This document shows, one piece after another, positions 10,111 through 21,439 of a DNA stretch of 64,000 nucleotides. How positions within the stretch are numbered: position 1 is the stretch's first letter; every line of letters begins with the position of its first letter. Source of the stretch: Eledone cirrhosa (lineage: Eukaryota); contig OZ024741.1 of NCBI GenBank assembly GCA_964016885.1, positions 50,654,001 through 50,718,000 of the forward strand, in the 5' to 3' direction. The position numbers and the translations under genes are program-made. The notes under the pieces are model-generated. The model was given only the letters and a program-made list of their open reading frames with translations. It was not told the DNA's origin and made no database searches.

Positions 10111-11871
10111 ATGTTTATCGATATCGTTGATAACGATATCGTCGAAAACGATATCGCCATATTGGAAGCGAACGCCACGCCGACCAAAAAAACAAGCGGG
10201 AAAGAGGGAACAACAGTTCAAACTGTTGAACAACCCCTCCTCTCCAATGAAAAAAAGAATTTCAATTCAAATGAAAAAATTAATTTTCAAGAAAAAAATA
10301 ACACCACAAATAAGGAAACCAACAACATTACAACAACAAACAAAGACAAAATTTATTTTGCCCAAACACTCAGGAGAGCCACGGAATACAAAGCCATTGA
10401 CATCACGAACGCCAAGGAAAATTTGCTAGAGGCTAGAAAATACGTATCTTTTGGGGAGGATGGTTCTTTTACGATCAACTCCCCAGAAGAAGTACGTCAA
10501 CAGATTTACAAGAATACCGTAAGCTACAGAACCATAACCAACGAAACGAGAAAGCCAGCGCAATTGACCGAAAGTCAAATCGAGCTGGTTCTGAAAGAAA
10601 TTAAAAATGACATACTCTTTATTCAAAGAGGAAAGCTGTATGCCAGCATTATGGTCCGAATGAAGGACGAAATGCTGGCTCAGAAATATTCGGTGGCACC
10701 TATAGTGTCACCACAATACACCTTCTTCCCCACATATAAAGGAAGAAGAACACAAAGGATAAGAATGTGGAGCCCTAAGCCAGAAATTAACATCTGGTCC
10801 GTCCTAACAGGATTTACCGACCTAGATAAGGACATACTAATTTCAGCAGGGGAGTCCACCAGTGGACTGTTCGGGGGGAAAAGTCTGGAGGTTCTCTTAC
10901 AGATGACACCTGAGAGAATCTCCGGAATACCCGACCGAGTGCTACTGGATGGGCGAACCTACATAAATATCACAGTGGAAGGCAGGAGACCCTCATGTTA
11001 CCACTGCGCTGGCAGAGGTCACCTGAGGACGGCCTGCCCTCTACTAACAACTAAAAAACCACTGCTACAAACACCACAACAACAACAAAAACAACCAGCA
11101 CCACCATCACAAAAACAACAAAATACACTACCATCACCACCAGAACAACAAAAACCAACAACACCACCACCACCACCACCACAACAACAACAACAACATC
11201 AACAACAGCTCAAGAAAACAACCCAAAACACGGTCCCACCCAGCCCCACCCCACAGAACACAAATACAAAAACAGTTCATACACAACCCGGAGATATACC
11301 CCTCCCCTCCAATACGGAAGAGGAGCTCATATCGTCGGAAGACGAGGGGGCTCCCTTCCAAAAAGTGAAAAGAAAAAAACGTACACACACCACAACAACA
11401 AAAATAACCCCACCTGACAACACAACACAGACAATAAAACGCAAACTCACTCAACAACAACAAGCAAAAACAAACACAACAACACAAAAACTCTACACAT
11501 ACATAAACAAAAACAATGAAAACCTAACTTTAAAAATAGAAACCAACCCTTCGATACAAACCGAAGGGCCGAATTTCGTAACGGCAATGGGGCTCCCTAA
11601 CCTGAAAATGGTGAAAATCCCACTTGACATTTTCAAAACTTTAAAAGACATGTACCCTGAGGACGTGGGCCCACCCTGCACCAGGCCACTCAACCGCGTC
11701 CTCCTGAAAGGTTTTCCCCTCCCCTCCTCAAACACCCACACAACTCCAAAGATCCCAACCCCTCCACACACTAATACCCCCACACCACCACAAACCACCA
11801 CCCCACCCATCAACCCCTCCACCAGCCCCATGGAAACTGATCGACCCGAACCCCGGGACGCAGAGAGGTAA
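10111..11871 (+). CDS. Tx1 ORF1p, gag-like with CCHC zinc knuckle and Pro/Gln/Thr-rich region (586 aa)
   Basis: CYHCAGRGHLRTAC (CX2CX4HX4C); ends 23 nt before ORF2. Confidence 0.88.
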   Translation: MFIDIVDNDIVENDIAILEANATPTKKTSGKEGTTVQTVEQPLLSNEKKNFNSNEKINFQEKNNTTNKETNNITTTNKDKIYFAQTLRRATEYKAIDITNAKENLLEARKYVSFGEDGSFTINSPEEVRQQIYKNTVSYRTITNETRKPAQLTESQIELVLKEIKNDILFIQRGKLYASIMVRMKDEMLAQKYSVAPIVSPQYTFFPTYKGRRTQRIRMWSPKPEINIWSVLTGFTDLDKDILISAGESTSGLFGGKSLEVLLQMTPERISGIPDRVLLDGRTYINITVEGRRPSCYHCAGRGHLRTACPLLTTKKPLLQTPQQQQKQPAPPSQKQQNTLPSPPEQQKPTTPPPPPPQQQQQHQQQLKKTTQNTVPPSPTPQNTNTKTVHTQPGDIPLPSNTEEELISSEDEGAPFQKVKRKKRTHTTTTKITPPDNTTQTIKRKLTQQQQAKTNTTTQKLYTYINKNNENLTLKIETNPSIQTEGPNFVTAMGLPNLKMVKIPLDIFKTLKDMYPEDVGPPCTRPLNRVLLKGFPLPSSNTHTTPKIPTPPHTNTPTPPQTTTPPINPSTSPMETDRPEPRDAER

Positions 11872-11894
11872 GTGCCTCTTTCTTTGCCACCAAC

Positions 11895-14800
11895 ATGGCT
11901 GTCTTAAGAGTGGGTTGTCTAAATGCGCGTGGCCTGGGCTCACCTTGGAAGCAAGCTAAACTTCTAAGTGACCTCAGGTCACAATGTGTAAATGTGATGG
12001 TTATTTGCGAGGCCCGGATCAGCAGCATGCGACAGCTAACCCCCACCTTTGATGACTTTGAGATGCACGCATCTCTCTGTCAGCCTGGAGGTGGGGGTGG
12101 GGTTGTCGTTCTGCTGCAAAAACATCTGGGTCTCGCTACACAGACGGTACACTTGGACCCGGAGGGTCGACTCGTGGTTCTGGACCTTGGCAATGGCGAA
12201 GGCGAAGCTTTTAGGCTTGTCGCCGTATACGCCCCTTTTGGGACAATGCGGTCGGACTTCTTCCATCGTCTGGAGACTTTTCTAGGGACGTCCCGCTCCT
12301 TGCTTTTAGTGGGGGACTGGAATGGTATCCTAGATGCACGTTGGGACTATGTAGGGGCATGTCCCGATAGAGGGGGGTGTAACAGCCTTAAGGGGTTAAT
12401 CGGCCGATTCGACCTGGCCGATAGATACCGACTAGATTTTCCGACTGTACCAACCTGGACCTGGTCAAATAACAGTGGTCAATCTAGATCGTACCTAGAT
12501 AGGTTCTTAGTTAGAATTAAGGATAGGGACCTTTTAAGTTGTCCAGAAATGCTCATGGTGGGCTATTCAGACCACAAGTTAGTGACCTGCGTAGTCCACC
12601 TTGATAGAACGCATAGGCAGGGGCCCGGTTACTGGAAGCTCAACTTGTCCTTACCGGCAAGTAGAGCTTACAGGGACCGGATTAGAACCTTAGTTAAGGA
12701 GCAGTTGACGGGCGCCATCGTCAACAACAGGTGGTGGGGCTCTCTAAAAAGAGAGATTAGAGTAGTTTCAATAGGAGTTAGTAAGGAGTTAGCCTCAGAT
12801 AGAAATAGGAAGGAAAGGGAGTTGGTAGTTAATGTTGAAGAGGCAATGAGAAGCGGCAACGTGGCCAGAGTGCAAGCGTCGAGAACGGTCTTGAACCAGT
12901 TCTTCGACGCGAAACACGAAGGCTGCGTTGTCCGAAGCAAAATACGTGCTCTGGGAAACGAGGGGACCAAAGCTGTTAGCTGGGCCCGCGTGACAGAAGC
13001 GAAAAGTGGGATTAAATCCACTATCCGGTCTTTGCGAGACCAGGATGGACGGCTGATCCTTGAACCTAAGCAAATGTGCGAGGCCTTTCAAAGGCACTTT
13101 GCCCAATTGTTCGGGAGGGGCGGGGAGCCGGTTGGAGGTGTGGATTTCGGTCCATACCTCGACGGCCTGCCGCGTCTTTCGGACAGGGAGGCGAGGTCCT
13201 GCGACGGGCCGATCTCAGCTGCTGAAATAGGGGACGTGCTGAGCCTATGCGGCAAACGCAAATCTCCAGGACTCGATGGTCTGCCCTACGAACTATATAT
13301 TAATATGCCGGACTTGTTCCCCGATCTCCTCGAGGCGGTCTACTGCAACTGGCAACAGAACGGGAGAATTCCCTGTTCTGTGACCAAGGGCGTAGTCTCG
13401 CTAGTGAGGAAGGACGAGAACAAGGGGGATGACATTAGTAATTTTAGGCCCATAACTCTGCTAAATGCAGAGTTAAAGATTTTGGCGAAGGTGTTAGCGA
13501 AGAGGTTGGCGCTTGTCGTGGGGGGCCTGGTGGGAGATGCGCAGACATGCGCTATCCCGTCCAGGTCCATCCACGACAACCTCCACCTCATGCGATACAT
13601 CATAGAGAGGGTTGGGAACGAACCCGGCTTTGGTGGGGCCCTGATAAATTTAGATCAGTCAAAAGCGTTCGATAGGGTGGGCCATGGTTACCTGGATGCG
13701 GTGCTAGCGGCGGCTGGGTTCGGACCCGTTTTCAGGGGCTGGATCACTGCCATGCACAGCAGCCGCATCTGCTCTAGAGTCAAGGTGAACGGCTACCTTT
13801 CGGAGCCGTTCGAAATCACCCGCTCCATCCGACAGGGGTGCCCTCTCTCCTCCCTTCTGTATGTATTGACTCTCGAGCCATTACTGCGGAAGTTGGAGTT
13901 GTTGCAGGGCATCCGTTTGGAACCGGGATTGCGCAAAGCGGTGTCGGCCTACGCCGATGACGTAACAGTAATGGTGTCGACCGCCTCGGAAATCGAGGCA
14001 ATCGGCACCTTACTGGAGGAGTACGAAAGGTTGACAGGGGCTAAGCTGAACCGGGACAAGTCAGTCGCTTTGCAACTCGGCGAGTGGAGAGGCAAAGCGA
14101 TGTCGTGCGACGGTATCGTCGGACGGTGGACGGAGGGCCCGGTGAAGCGGCTTGGGGTCTGGTTCGGACCGGACCTCCAGGTGGAGAAAAACTGGGGCGA
14201 AGTGACGAATAGGGTGTTTGCACTGACCCAGAAGTGGGCCGAGTGCAAACTATCCCTGAAAGGTCGGGCGGAGGTGGCGAACGCTTACATAGCGTCCGTC
14301 ATCTATTACCGCTTGACTGTCGTGCCTTGCCCGGGTGAGATCCTCGCCAAAATGGAGCGCGCCCTCTTTTATTTCCTTTGGAAGAAGAGGTCTCCTCTGG
14401 TGAGGAGATCCATCTGCTGTCAACACCCTCTGAAAGGAGGGCTGGGGATGCCGTGGCTAAAAATGCGTAAACACGCATTGAGGCTAAGGCACCTCCACGT
14501 ATTCCTCACCGGTCAACCGGTGTGGGCCCCGTTTGTGAGGCGAGCCTTCCCGAGGCTCGTCTCGCTCACCGAGCTGCAGTCCTGGGTGAAGCAAAGACCG
14601 AGAAAACTGGGCGACTGGCACACCGAGTGTGCCCAGGCGCTCACGGCTCTCTGGCAGGCGAACCCGGCTATCGACGGAGACTCCACCTCGTCATTCTATA
14701 GAGGGCTGGTGGTTAGCGGGTGCGACGACGCCCTCGGAGAAGCCCTAGGCATGGAGGAGGACGAACTGGCCAGTCTATTCGGTAGGACTTTCGGCCCGGG

Positions 14801-15332
14801 ACCTATGGACAACTTCCAGAAGTCCTTGGCCTGGCAGTGCTACCGAGGGGCTCTGCCCGTTCGGGATAAGCTCTACAGACACGGGCGCCCGGGTAGGGAC
14901 CCCTCGAAAAAGATCTGTCCCAGATGCGTGCGCGACGAGGAAACCGTCGCGCACGCATTGGTGCACTGCCCGGGCGTTGCCGATCTGTGGGGCTATGTCG
15001 AACAACTGCTGTCACGGGTGGGACCAATTAGGTTGACCACCGAGTCCATAGTAACGATCAAGCCGCCTCCCCCCTTCAAAAATAAAGGAGAGGCGGTCTT
15101 CCTCTGTGTAATAGCCATGGTAAAAGAGGCTATATGGTGGACGCGTCTGAAAGGGCTGAGGTCGGACACCTTTCTCTCCGGCCAACAACTGGTCCTTTTC
15201 TTCCGATACCATTTCGGAAGAAGGATCAGGATGGAGAGAGAGGTGCTCCACTCCAGCCAGTTTTATGAAAGCTGGGTGAAAGTTGCGAGAATGGCCCGTG
15301 TGAATGGGCCTTCTCTCTACCTCAGCCTGTAG
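11895..15332 (+). CDS. LINE ORF2p (APE-RT-zinc finger), copy 3
   Basis: All catalytic motifs intact; about 11 amino-acid differences from copy 1. Confidence 0.95.
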   Translation: MAVLRVGCLNARGLGSPWKQAKLLSDLRSQCVNVMVICEARISSMRQLTPTFDDFEMHASLCQPGGGGGVVVLLQKHLGLATQTVHLDPEGRLVVLDLGNGEGEAFRLVAVYAPFGTMRSDFFHRLETFLGTSRSLLLVGDWNGILDARWDYVGACPDRGGCNSLKGLIGRFDLADRYRLDFPTVPTWTWSNNSGQSRSYLDRFLVRIKDRDLLSCPEMLMVGYSDHKLVTCVVHLDRTHRQGPGYWKLNLSLPASRAYRDRIRTLVKEQLTGAIVNNRWWGSLKREIRVVSIGVSKELASDRNRKERELVVNVEEAMRSGNVARVQASRTVLNQFFDAKHEGCVVRSKIRALGNEGTKAVSWARVTEAKSGIKSTIRSLRDQDGRLILEPKQMCEAFQRHFAQLFGRGGEPVGGVDFGPYLDGLPRLSDREARSCDGPISAAEIGDVLSLCGKRKSPGLDGLPYELYINMPDLFPDLLEAVYCNWQQNGRIPCSVTKGVVSLVRKDENKGDDISNFRPITLLNAELKILAKVLAKRLALVVGGLVGDAQTCAIPSRSIHDNLHLMRYIIERVGNEPGFGGALINLDQSKAFDRVGHGYLDAVLAAAGFGPVFRGWITAMHSSRICSRVKVNGYLSEPFEITRSIRQGCPLSSLLYVLTLEPLLRKLELLQGIRLEPGLRKAVSAYADDVTVMVSTASEIEAIGTLLEEYERLTGAKLNRDKSVALQLGEWRGKAMSCDGIVGRWTEGPVKRLGVWFGPDLQVEKNWGEVTNRVFALTQKWAECKLSLKGRAEVANAYIASVIYYRLTVVPCPGEILAKMERALFYFLWKKRSPLVRRSICCQHPLKGGLGMPWLKMRKHALRLRHLHVFLTGQPVWAPFVRRAFPRLVSLTELQSWVKQRPRKLGDWHTECAQALTALWQANPAIDGDSTSSFYRGLVVSGCDDALGEALGMEEDELASLFGRTFGPGPMDNFQKSLAWQCYRGALPVRDKLYRHGRPGRDPSKKICPRCVRDEETVAHALVHCPGVADLWGYVEQLLSRVGPIRLTTESIVTIKPPPPFKNKGEAVFLCVIAMVKEAIWWTRLKGLRSDTFLSGQQLVLFFRYHFGRRIRMEREVLHSSQFYESWVKVARMARVNGPSLYLSL

Positions 15333-15629
15333 GTGGAACAGAAAGAAGGGAGCACCCTCTCTTTGTGCTCCCGTGGAGAAGGGTCGCACACTTTTTTTCG
15401 GGGGTGTGTGTGACCCCAAAACGATCCCTCCCTATTGAGGACCTTCTTGTTATTATTTTGTTTGTTATATTTTTCTTACTCGATTTTTATGTAAACTCCC
15501 CCCACCCATCTACATGTCCCTTTCTTTTGTGCCCTAGTGGCAAATAAACAGAAATTTATCTGTCAGTCTGTCAGTCTGCCTGTCTGTCAGTCCGTCTGTC
15601 GAGCTGGAGTCGGGTCTATAACCTTTATA

Positions 15630-15722
15630 TAGATGAGATTTGAACTCAGAGAGCAGAGAGTCAGAACGAACACGGCAACTTATTCTATCCGACGTCCTAA
15701 CGACTCTGCCAATTCACCGCCT
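15630..15722 (-). mobile_element. tRNA-derived SINE, 5' fragment
   Basis: Minus strand GGCGGTGAATTGGCAGAGTCGTTAG...GAGTTCAAATC (A/B-box-like); similar to 34754-34903. Confidence 0.6.
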
Positions 15723-15934
15723 TTCAACAACTAAACAGATGCAAAAAATACCTTCGAAGAATTCATCGCCCCCAGAACTTCAGAATTTTATGTTACCAGA
15801 ATAAGTAAGCATGTATCTTAGTAAATATATGTAGATTATAATGGTTTTTATTTCGGTCAATAACATTTATTCTGTGCTGAGATATGTCGTTTTAAAGTTA
15901 AAGTTGAAAAACCTAAATTAATATCCGAAGAATC

Positions 15935-17280
15935 TTATGTTTCTCTTCCTCTTAATTTCAAGTACATTTTTGACCGGCCACTTTCCTGGTGGCAAGGTTG
16001 TAAAAGAAATTGTTATCTCTTGAATCGCAAGAATATTTTTCAAATTTTGAAGGTGCTAGATATCGCAGCCATCTGTAGTCTATGAATTAGGGAGCTGCGC
16101 TATTTGTCCTTAAATCCAAGTTCAGTTATACTTTGGTCCATGCGGCTTGGTATATAATCTGTAGCTCCAATAATGATGGGTATGAAGCTGAAGGTGTATC
16201 TTGGATACTGGATCTGCAAACTCCTCATCAATGGTCAGTAGATGTCCTCCTTCTCTTATATTTTTCTTACAACGTTGACATCAAGTGGGCAGCTGATCTC
16301 TACAACAGAGCATCTTTTCAATGTGTGGTCCCAAACAACAATATAAGGCCGGTTGTGCTTTAATTTGGTGGCGGTTTATATTTTCAGGTTCCACCAGTAT
16401 TCCTTAGTGCCATCTGTCTCAATATATTCCTCCTCATTTGTTTTTCATTTTGTTTTCCTTAATGCGTTCTGATGGTTCTAGCTATCACACCGTGTCTCAC
16501 AGGGAGGTAGTAACGAGACGACATTCTTTCACAGTTGGCAACAATGTGGCTAACATCCATCTTTGTTTTACAAAGCCTACATTTATTGTCAACTGATGGC
16601 CCTTCTCTTTTGTGTAGTAGATACTTGGTAGAGATTTCTTGTTCCTGTATTGCATAGAGATATCCTTCAAGGTGGGATGTCATAAACTTGTCGGAACTCC
16701 ATGCCAGGATTTTTGAATGATTTATCTCCTCTATGGTCTGTGGTTTTCGTCTCAGGTACTCATGCACAAATTTCTCTGTAAATTGGTCCATTTTTTTTTA
16801 TCTAGTTCGAACATTGAATAGGATTTTCCAATTTCCCTGGGGGAGAGATTTATATCAGGCCTTATTCCATATCTCTCCTCCAAATCAGTGGCTATCCTAA
16901 TGATATTATTTCCTTCATGCTCATAGACCTGGGAAAGATGGTTTCTGACCTTTTTCTTCTGCTGAAGATGTTGCTTCAGTGTTACTACGCGGATCTCGTA
17001 TGATGTTAATATGGATTTTAGACCCCGGCACCTTCTTTGCGTGAGAAGTATAGCCTATCCACACCACCATTGATGTTAAAGTTTCCAGTAACACTGTGAA
17101 GTTTGCGAGTCCTTACATCCATCTCACTTAGTTCTTGTAATGACCAGTTCAGCAGACCAAATGTTGGCGTTAGGATTGGCACAGCATAAGTATTGAGGGC
17201 AATGTATTTGTTGTACGCTGATAGTTCTGATAACCTTGTTTTCTTTACTCTCCTGAGGTATTCAGTTCTGATTCTCTCAT
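15935..17280 (-). mobile_element. Degenerate 5'-truncated R4/Dong-like (RLE) LINE, family B
   Basis: HLEGYLYAIQEQEI, CRLC..HIVANC..RHG, INTYAVP-like motif; frameshifted; 5' end abuts (TATG)n. Confidence 0.8.
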
Positions 17281-17480
17281 TATGTATGTATGTATGTATG
17301 TATGTATGTATGTATGTATGTATGTATGTATGTATGTATGTATGCATGTATGCATGTATGCATGCATGTATGTATGCATGTATGCATGTATGCATGCATG
17401 TATGTATTTATGCATGTATGTATGCATGCATATATGTATGTATGCATGTATGCATATATGCATACATGCATACATACGTA

Positions 17481-18077
17481 ACTCAGTACAACCTGTGCAT
17501 GGTCGGATCGTTGGTGACTAAACCGGAAACCCCACCAAGTTGGGTTGGTGAGGAGGAGGAATTTGGATACCTTGCGGGACAAAAAACAAAACCTGACAAA
17601 GGGCGGAAGAACTCATAAGAGTTAACGGCCAAAAATGTGTAAATATGTATATATATGTATGCATGATGTATATATGTATATATACATATGTATATATGTA
17701 TATACATGTATGTATGTGTATGTTTATGCGCGGGGACATAGAAATAATCAGGCTGGATATCCGATCACGTGGTTAAACCACTGGGAATGAAGGACCCCTA
17801 GCCTTTGTCAGGGCATTCTTCTAGGAAAAGACAACTCAGGAAACTAGAAAACTCCGATCTAAAACCTGTGGCTCAGTAGTTACCAATGATGTTGATCTTT
17901 TCTTCTTTTCAGGTTATAGCTACTGTCGCTCAGAGAATGGGATTGGCTCAGTGCACAGTCTTTCCTCACTTGGAAAAAATTTTTCGCGCACAGGCATTGC
18001 ATGATAGCATTAATTAATAATTATTAATAATGTTATATCGTGCAATGGTCATACTCGATAACGAGGGGGCAGCCATC
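17481..18077 (+). mobile_element. Diverged relative of the ~600-bp non-autonomous RTE-derived element
   Basis: Shares CAGTACAACCTGT..CATGGTCGG, CACCAAG..TTGGTGAGGAGG and the terminal CTCG-loop-CGAG hairpin with 20687-21290; (ATGT)n tail. Confidence 0.7.
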
Positions 18078-18148
18078 ATGTATGTATGTATGTATGTATG
18101 TATGTATGTATGTATGTGTGTATGTATGTATGTATGTATGTATGTATG

Positions 18149-20545
18149 TTATTCTGGTTTTATAATTTCACAAAGTTTTACCAATAGAGAGAGAGTCGGT
18201 TTCTAACATAGACACAAGACTCTCTCATTTGAATTTACACAACATCAACTAGGTAGACATGTATGTATGTCTGCATGCATGTGTAGATATGGATGTTATT
18301 GTATGTGGATGTGTATGTTTTGTATCTGTACATGTGTATATGCAGTTATTAGATGCAACATTTTTGGAATGTTTTACATATTTTTACTGTTCCATTAATG
18401 GATTGTACTTGTAATTTCCTAACTAGTTGTGTTCTTTCTGTTCCTGTGAAGCCTAGCTTCTCAAGATTTGTATTGAGTCAGTTACTAACATATCCCAGTG
18501 CCTCAATAATCACAGGTATAAATCTGAAGGTGTAATAAGGGTGGAGTATCTGCAGATTTCTCATCAGTTCTGCATAAATATCCTCCTTTTCACTAATCTT
18601 TGATATTATATTGGCATCTGCTGGGCAGCTAATTTCCACTACTGTGCATGTTTTCTTCTCCCTGTCCCATATCATTATATCTGGTCTGTTATGCCTGCAT
18701 TTTATTGAGGTTTTTACTGGAACATTCCACCACTACTCTTTCATATTATATACATGGATGTCTTCCACATTGTTGTAGCTTTTAATGTTTTTATTATCGG
18801 GGCTATCTTTTTTACGAACTGCATTGTACAGTGTTTTGGCCACTACATCATGCCTCATAGGTAGATAGTACCGCGATGACATCTTTGGGCAGCTGCTGAT
18901 GACATGGGTGATATCCTCGATGTTAGTTCTGCAGAGTCTGCACTTGTTATCACATCTAGGTGTTTTGCCTGCATCCCTATCTCTTTTGTGAATCAGGTAT
19001 TTCGTGCTAATCTCCTGTTCTTGGATTGCAAAAGCGTATCCTTCAAAGTGGGAGCCAATATAGCGGTTGTTGGTCCAAGATAGACTACTTTCCTTATCTA
19101 TATTACTCTCACTCTGGAGCTTCCTGGCAACATATCCATGCATGATTTTTTGCTGATAGGCATGCAGTTTTTCATCCATGGATTCACTGCGATACTGCTG
19201 AGCGACATGCCTGGGTGTGAGTTTTTGATTATCACACAGGGAATATCTCTCAAGGAGTTCCTTCCCAACTCTCATGATCTTATCTGTTTCATGCAGATAG
19301 ACTTGCTCGAGAAGCGAACTCCTACGCTTCGTGGTTCGTAGATGTTGTCGGAGAGATATGCGACATTCAAATGTTGTCTGGACTGATGTTAGGCCTCTGC
19401 CTCCCTGCTTACGTTTCAAGTAAAGGCGGTCTATGTCACTGTTGATGTGTAAGTTTCCGGTGTTGTTCAGTATTTTTCGAGTTCCAACATCAACTGCTCG
19501 GATTTTGTCTATCGTCCAATTGAGTATTCCAAACGTTGGTGGATGAGTTGGTGGATGAGTTCCGATGACCAGATCTTTCTTAATCGGGTGTAATATTCCC
19601 TGGTTACGCGTTCTTTATTACATATACCATTATAGGATATGTTCTCATCTATCCCCAGGTATCTGTAGCAGTCCTCATCAGATATCGGTGAAACAGTTAG
19701 ACCATTGATGACAATGTTGCTAGATTGGGTTGTTGTTTTTCCCCGCTTTACAGTCATGTATGAGCATTTATCTTGGCCAAACTCCATTCGTATATCCTTT
19801 GAGAACGTTGTAACCAGGTCAAGATTTTTCTTCATCCCATCCATGTTCTTGGCATAGAGTTTCAGATCGTCCACAAAGAAGTTATGGGTTAGGTTCGTAT
19901 TTCTGTCCTCCTGTGAGCCAATGATGCATCCCTCACATTTTTTGAGCAGAAAGGACAAGGGGTTTAATGACAAGATGAACAATATCACAGAGAGACTGTC
20001 CCCCTGAAATATACCCCTGCAATATTTTATTTTATCAGTGAAAATAGAGTCCTCCCTCTCTGTCTTTAACCTTAGGATAGTAGCCCAAGAAGAAGACAGC
20101 CTCTCTATGGCTCTGACAATAATGTCTGGGACTTTAGCAAGTTGGAGGGCCTCTATCATCCAAGAGTGGGGAACAGAATCGAAAGCTTTCTTGTAGTCCA
20201 GCCAGACTGTAGTCATATTCCTCCTAAGTTGTCGCACCTCCGACATCGCAGTTTTGTTGATTAGGAGTTGTTCAGCACATCCCCAAACCCTTTTCTTTCC
20301 AGCTGCTTGTTCATCTGTGATGATGTTATTATTTTTACAGTGATCTTGGAGGAATAGGTTGAGGCAGGCTGTATACATCTTATACATCAGGTTCTGGCAT
20401 GCAATGGGTCGGTAGTTTTTTGCCAAGTGGGTGTCTTTGTTCTTGGGGACCAGTAACGTTTGTGCTAATGTCAACCATTCTGGTATAAGTGTATCTCCCT
20501 TAAGAACTTGTTGGTAGAGGTCAGTAAGATACCTCCGATAGAATA
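18149..20545 (-). mobile_element. 5'-truncated R4/Dong-like (RLE) LINE, family A, frameshifted
   Basis: RT motifs YRPIAC, LDYKKAFDSVPH, GIFQGDSLS, FVDD; CRLC..HVISSC; RHD; PD..E RLE region; (TATG)n on both sides. Confidence 0.9.
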
Positions 20546-20686
20546 TTAGTTTTTTGTACTATGTATGTGTCTGTGTATGTATGTATGTATGTATGTATGT
20601 ATGTATGTATGTATGTATGTATGTATGTATGTATGTATGTATGTATGTATGTATGTATGTATGTATGTATGTATGTATGTATATGT

Positions 20687-21290
20687 CAGGTCACCAGTTG
20701 GTGCTACTGGTAACATGTATCCCAGTACAACCTGTCTCATGGTCGGGTCGTTGACGACTAAACTGGCAACCCCACCAAGGTTTCTTGGTGAGGAGGGTGA
20801 CTTTAGACATCCTGCAGGACTAAAAACAAAACCTGTCAAAGGGCAAAGGAGCTCGTAAGAGTCAATGGCCATCCAAAATCACCGGGAGAGATGACCTCTT
20901 AGCCTTTGTCAAGGCAGAATTCTAGGAGAAGGAAAACTCTGATATAACACCTGCAACCCTGATGGTATCCAATGATGTTGACTTGTTCTTCTTTTTGGTA
21001 AATATCATCTTGGTTAAGAGAGTGGGACTGGCTTTGTGCAGTGCCTTTGCTCACTATAAAAGCTTCACGGCACAGGCATTGCTTTATATCTGGAGATCTC
21101 TCTGCACTTGTCATAACATGGTACCATGGGCCCAGCACTATGTGTCAATAATTGTCAGAAGTGTAGTGTTTGTACTAGAGTTTTCAAGTCATTGGCTGGA
21201 CTAAAAAGTCACTCGTTCAGCGCATCGGTAGGGGTTCTCCTACATGGATATAAAGTAGTGGCCGTACTCGAAAACGAGTTGGCAGCCACC
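20687..21290 (+). mobile_element. ~600-bp non-autonomous internally deleted RTE-like element, copy 1
   Basis: Three highly similar copies; relic C2H2 finger CSVCTRVFKSLAGLKSH near the 3' end; 3' hairpin then (ATGT)n. Confidence 0.75.
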
Positions 21291-21439
21291 ATGTATGTAT
21301 GTATGTATGTATGTATGTATGTATGTATGTATGTATGTATGTGTATATATATATATATATATGTGTATGTATGAATGCATACGTACATGTATATATGTAT
21401 ATATGTATATATGTATGTATGTGTATAATTATGTATGTA

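Larger units (their letters stand above)
9936..15556 (+). mobile_element. Tx1-group LINE, copy 3 (full length, both ORFs intact)
   Basis: 5' UTR, 586-aa ORF1, 1145-aa ORF2, 3' UTR; followed by TCTGTCAG repeats. Confidence 0.93.

Noticed and set aside
1-15600. Telomeric retrotransposon array (HeT-A/TART or SART/TRAS-like)
   Set aside because: No TTAGGG tracts; spacers are TCTG-type; chromosomal position cannot be seen from this window
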